Shown here piece by piece: positions 62,510-64,000 of a stretch of DNA of 64,000 nt (position 1 is the stretch's first letter; each line of letters begins with the position of its first letter). This stretch comes from Chiloscyllium plagiosum (Eukaryota), in assembly GCF_004010195.1 (NCBI RefSeq), contig NC_057720.1:29309949-29373948 (forward strand), written 5' to 3'. The notes under the pieces are model-generated. The model did no database searches. It was not told the DNA's origin and saw nothing but the letters and a program-made list of their open reading frames with translations. Both the position numbers and the translations under genes were made by a program.

Positions 62510-62855
62510 AAGTATGTAAGTTAGTTCACTGAGCTTAAAGGTTCATTTTCAGATGTTTCATCACTATACTAGGTAACATCATCAGTGAGAGTCTCTGGTG
62601 AAGCGTTGGTGATATGTCCTGCAACTTTATTTATAGTTCTTGGGTTTCTTAAGGGGAGTGATGTCACTTCCGGTTCTTTTTTTCAAGGGAAGGTAGATAG
62701 GGTCTAAATCGATGTGTTTATTGATGGAGTTCTGGTTAGGATGCCATGAGTTTAAGAAATCTCATGCATGTCTTCACTTAGCCTGTCCTAGGATGTGTGT
62801 GTTGTCCCAGTCAAAGCAGTGTCTTTCTTTATCTGTATGTATAGAAACAAGTCTT
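62510..62855 (-). mobile_element. PLE (family-C relative) 3' end; hammerhead at 62549-62588 (-)
   Basis: Minus: HCFDWDNTHILGQ...SINKHIDLDPIY; UCA-CUGAUGA-UGUUAC-CUAGUAUA-GUGAU-GAAA-CA-UC-UGA. Confidence 0.85.
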
Positions 62856-62988
62856 TTGGTGTCCATGTTGTACTCAACCACTGTACACCTCATACTTTCA
62901 GTGCTATTGATATCCTCACTTCTTCACATCTTGAACTAACTGGCATTTCTTGGCCATGGCAGGTATATTCTTGAAAGAATGACATGGT

Positions 62989-63250
62989 TAGAACATAGAA
63001 CATAGAACAATACAGCACAGAACAGGCTTTCGGCCCACGATGTTGTGCCAAACATTTGTCCTAGCTTAAGCACCCATCCATGTACCTATCCAATTGCTGC
63101 TTAAAGGTCACCAAAGATTCTGACTCTACCACTCCCACAGGCAGCGCATTCCATGCCCCCACCACTCTCTGGGTAAAGAACCCACCCCTGACATCTCCCC
63201 TATACCTTCCACCCTTCACCTTAAATTTATGTCCCCTTGTAACACTCTGT
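62989..63250 (-). mobile_element. CR1 3' end
   Basis: Near-identical to 24590-24813; (TTCTATG)n tail. Confidence 0.92.
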
Positions 63251-63464
63251 TGTATCTATCACTAACAAACATCCTTTCAGGAGAATTTCATAAACATGAG
63301 GTGGCTGACAGTGGCTAAAGAAGCCTAATATTGCATGCAAGATTTTCCCCACTTGGGAAAGGGGTGAATCATAGATGTGAAAATGGTAAAGCTAGATGAA
63401 ATGACATGCAGGGTGTTGACTATTGAACAGATTTCAGAAAAGCAAAATGCTTTTAAGACAGCTT

Positions 63465-64000
63465 GAAGTGCAGGTTCATAGCTCTTTGAAAGTGGAGTCG
63501 CAGGTAGATAGGATAGTGAAGAAGACATTTGGTATACTTTCCTTTGTTGGTCAGAGCATCAAGTACAGCAGTTAGGAGGTCATGTTGCGGCTGTAGCAGG
63601 GATGTTGGTTAGACCACTTTTGGAATATTGCATGCAATTCTTGTCTCCCTCCTATTGGAAGGATGTTGTGGAACTTGCAAGGGTTCAGAAAAGATTTACA
63701 AGGATGTTACCGGGGTTGGAGGATTTGAGCTTTAGGGAGAGGCTGAATAGGCTGGGGCCATTTTCCCTAGAGCGTCGGAGGCTGAAGGATGACACAATAG
63801 AAATTTATAAAATCATGAGGGGCATGGATAGGATAAATAGACAAGGCCTTTTCCCTGGGGTAAGGGAGTCCAGAATTAGAGGGCATAGGTTTGGGTGAGA
63901 GGAAAAAAATGTACAAGGGACCTAAGGGGCAACCTTTTCATACAAAGGATGGTGCATGTATGGAATGAGCTGCCAGAGGAGGTGGAGGAGGTTGGTACAA
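63465..64000 (+). mobile_element. CR1 3' portion, truncated by window end
   Basis: ORF 63602-63898 LVRPLLEYCMQF...SLERRRLK. Confidence 0.92.

Noticed and set aside
1..64000. CRISPR arrays, operons or other prokaryotic systems
   Set aside because: No repeat-spacer arrays or gene-dense coding; the sequence is vertebrate repeat-rich DNA.

Overview
Repeat-dominated vertebrate non-coding DNA, most likely from a cartilaginous fish (shark). This is an inference from the HE1-like V-SINEs, dense CR1 LINE fragments and Deu-SINE remnants. No intact host protein-coding gene, rRNA, true tRNA gene or CRISPR array is supported, and most ORF-track entries are transposon relics or noise. Contents: more than 20 CR1 fragments; a second CR1-group LINE family with a related SINE; L2 and Rex1/Babar fragments; and a full-length but decayed L1 (51983-59030, 14-bp TSD) carrying two related solo LTRs. 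There is also a Gypsy element whose pol ends at RNase H (Gmr1-like order), Tigger-like MITEs, and about 15 Penelope-like element (PLE) insertions from at least three families. The most distinctive signal is that nearly every PLE end carries a minimal hammerhead-ribozyme motif (CUGAnGA-hairpin-GAAA-2 nt-UH) with compensatory helix I changes between families. Several insertions are just ~100-140 bp units that start at the ribozyme and have their own TSDs. PLE hammerheads are a known class; the families and boundary patterns here are read from the sequence and untested. Two N gaps lie at 24814-25145 and 29305-29659. Coordinates of old repeats are approximate.
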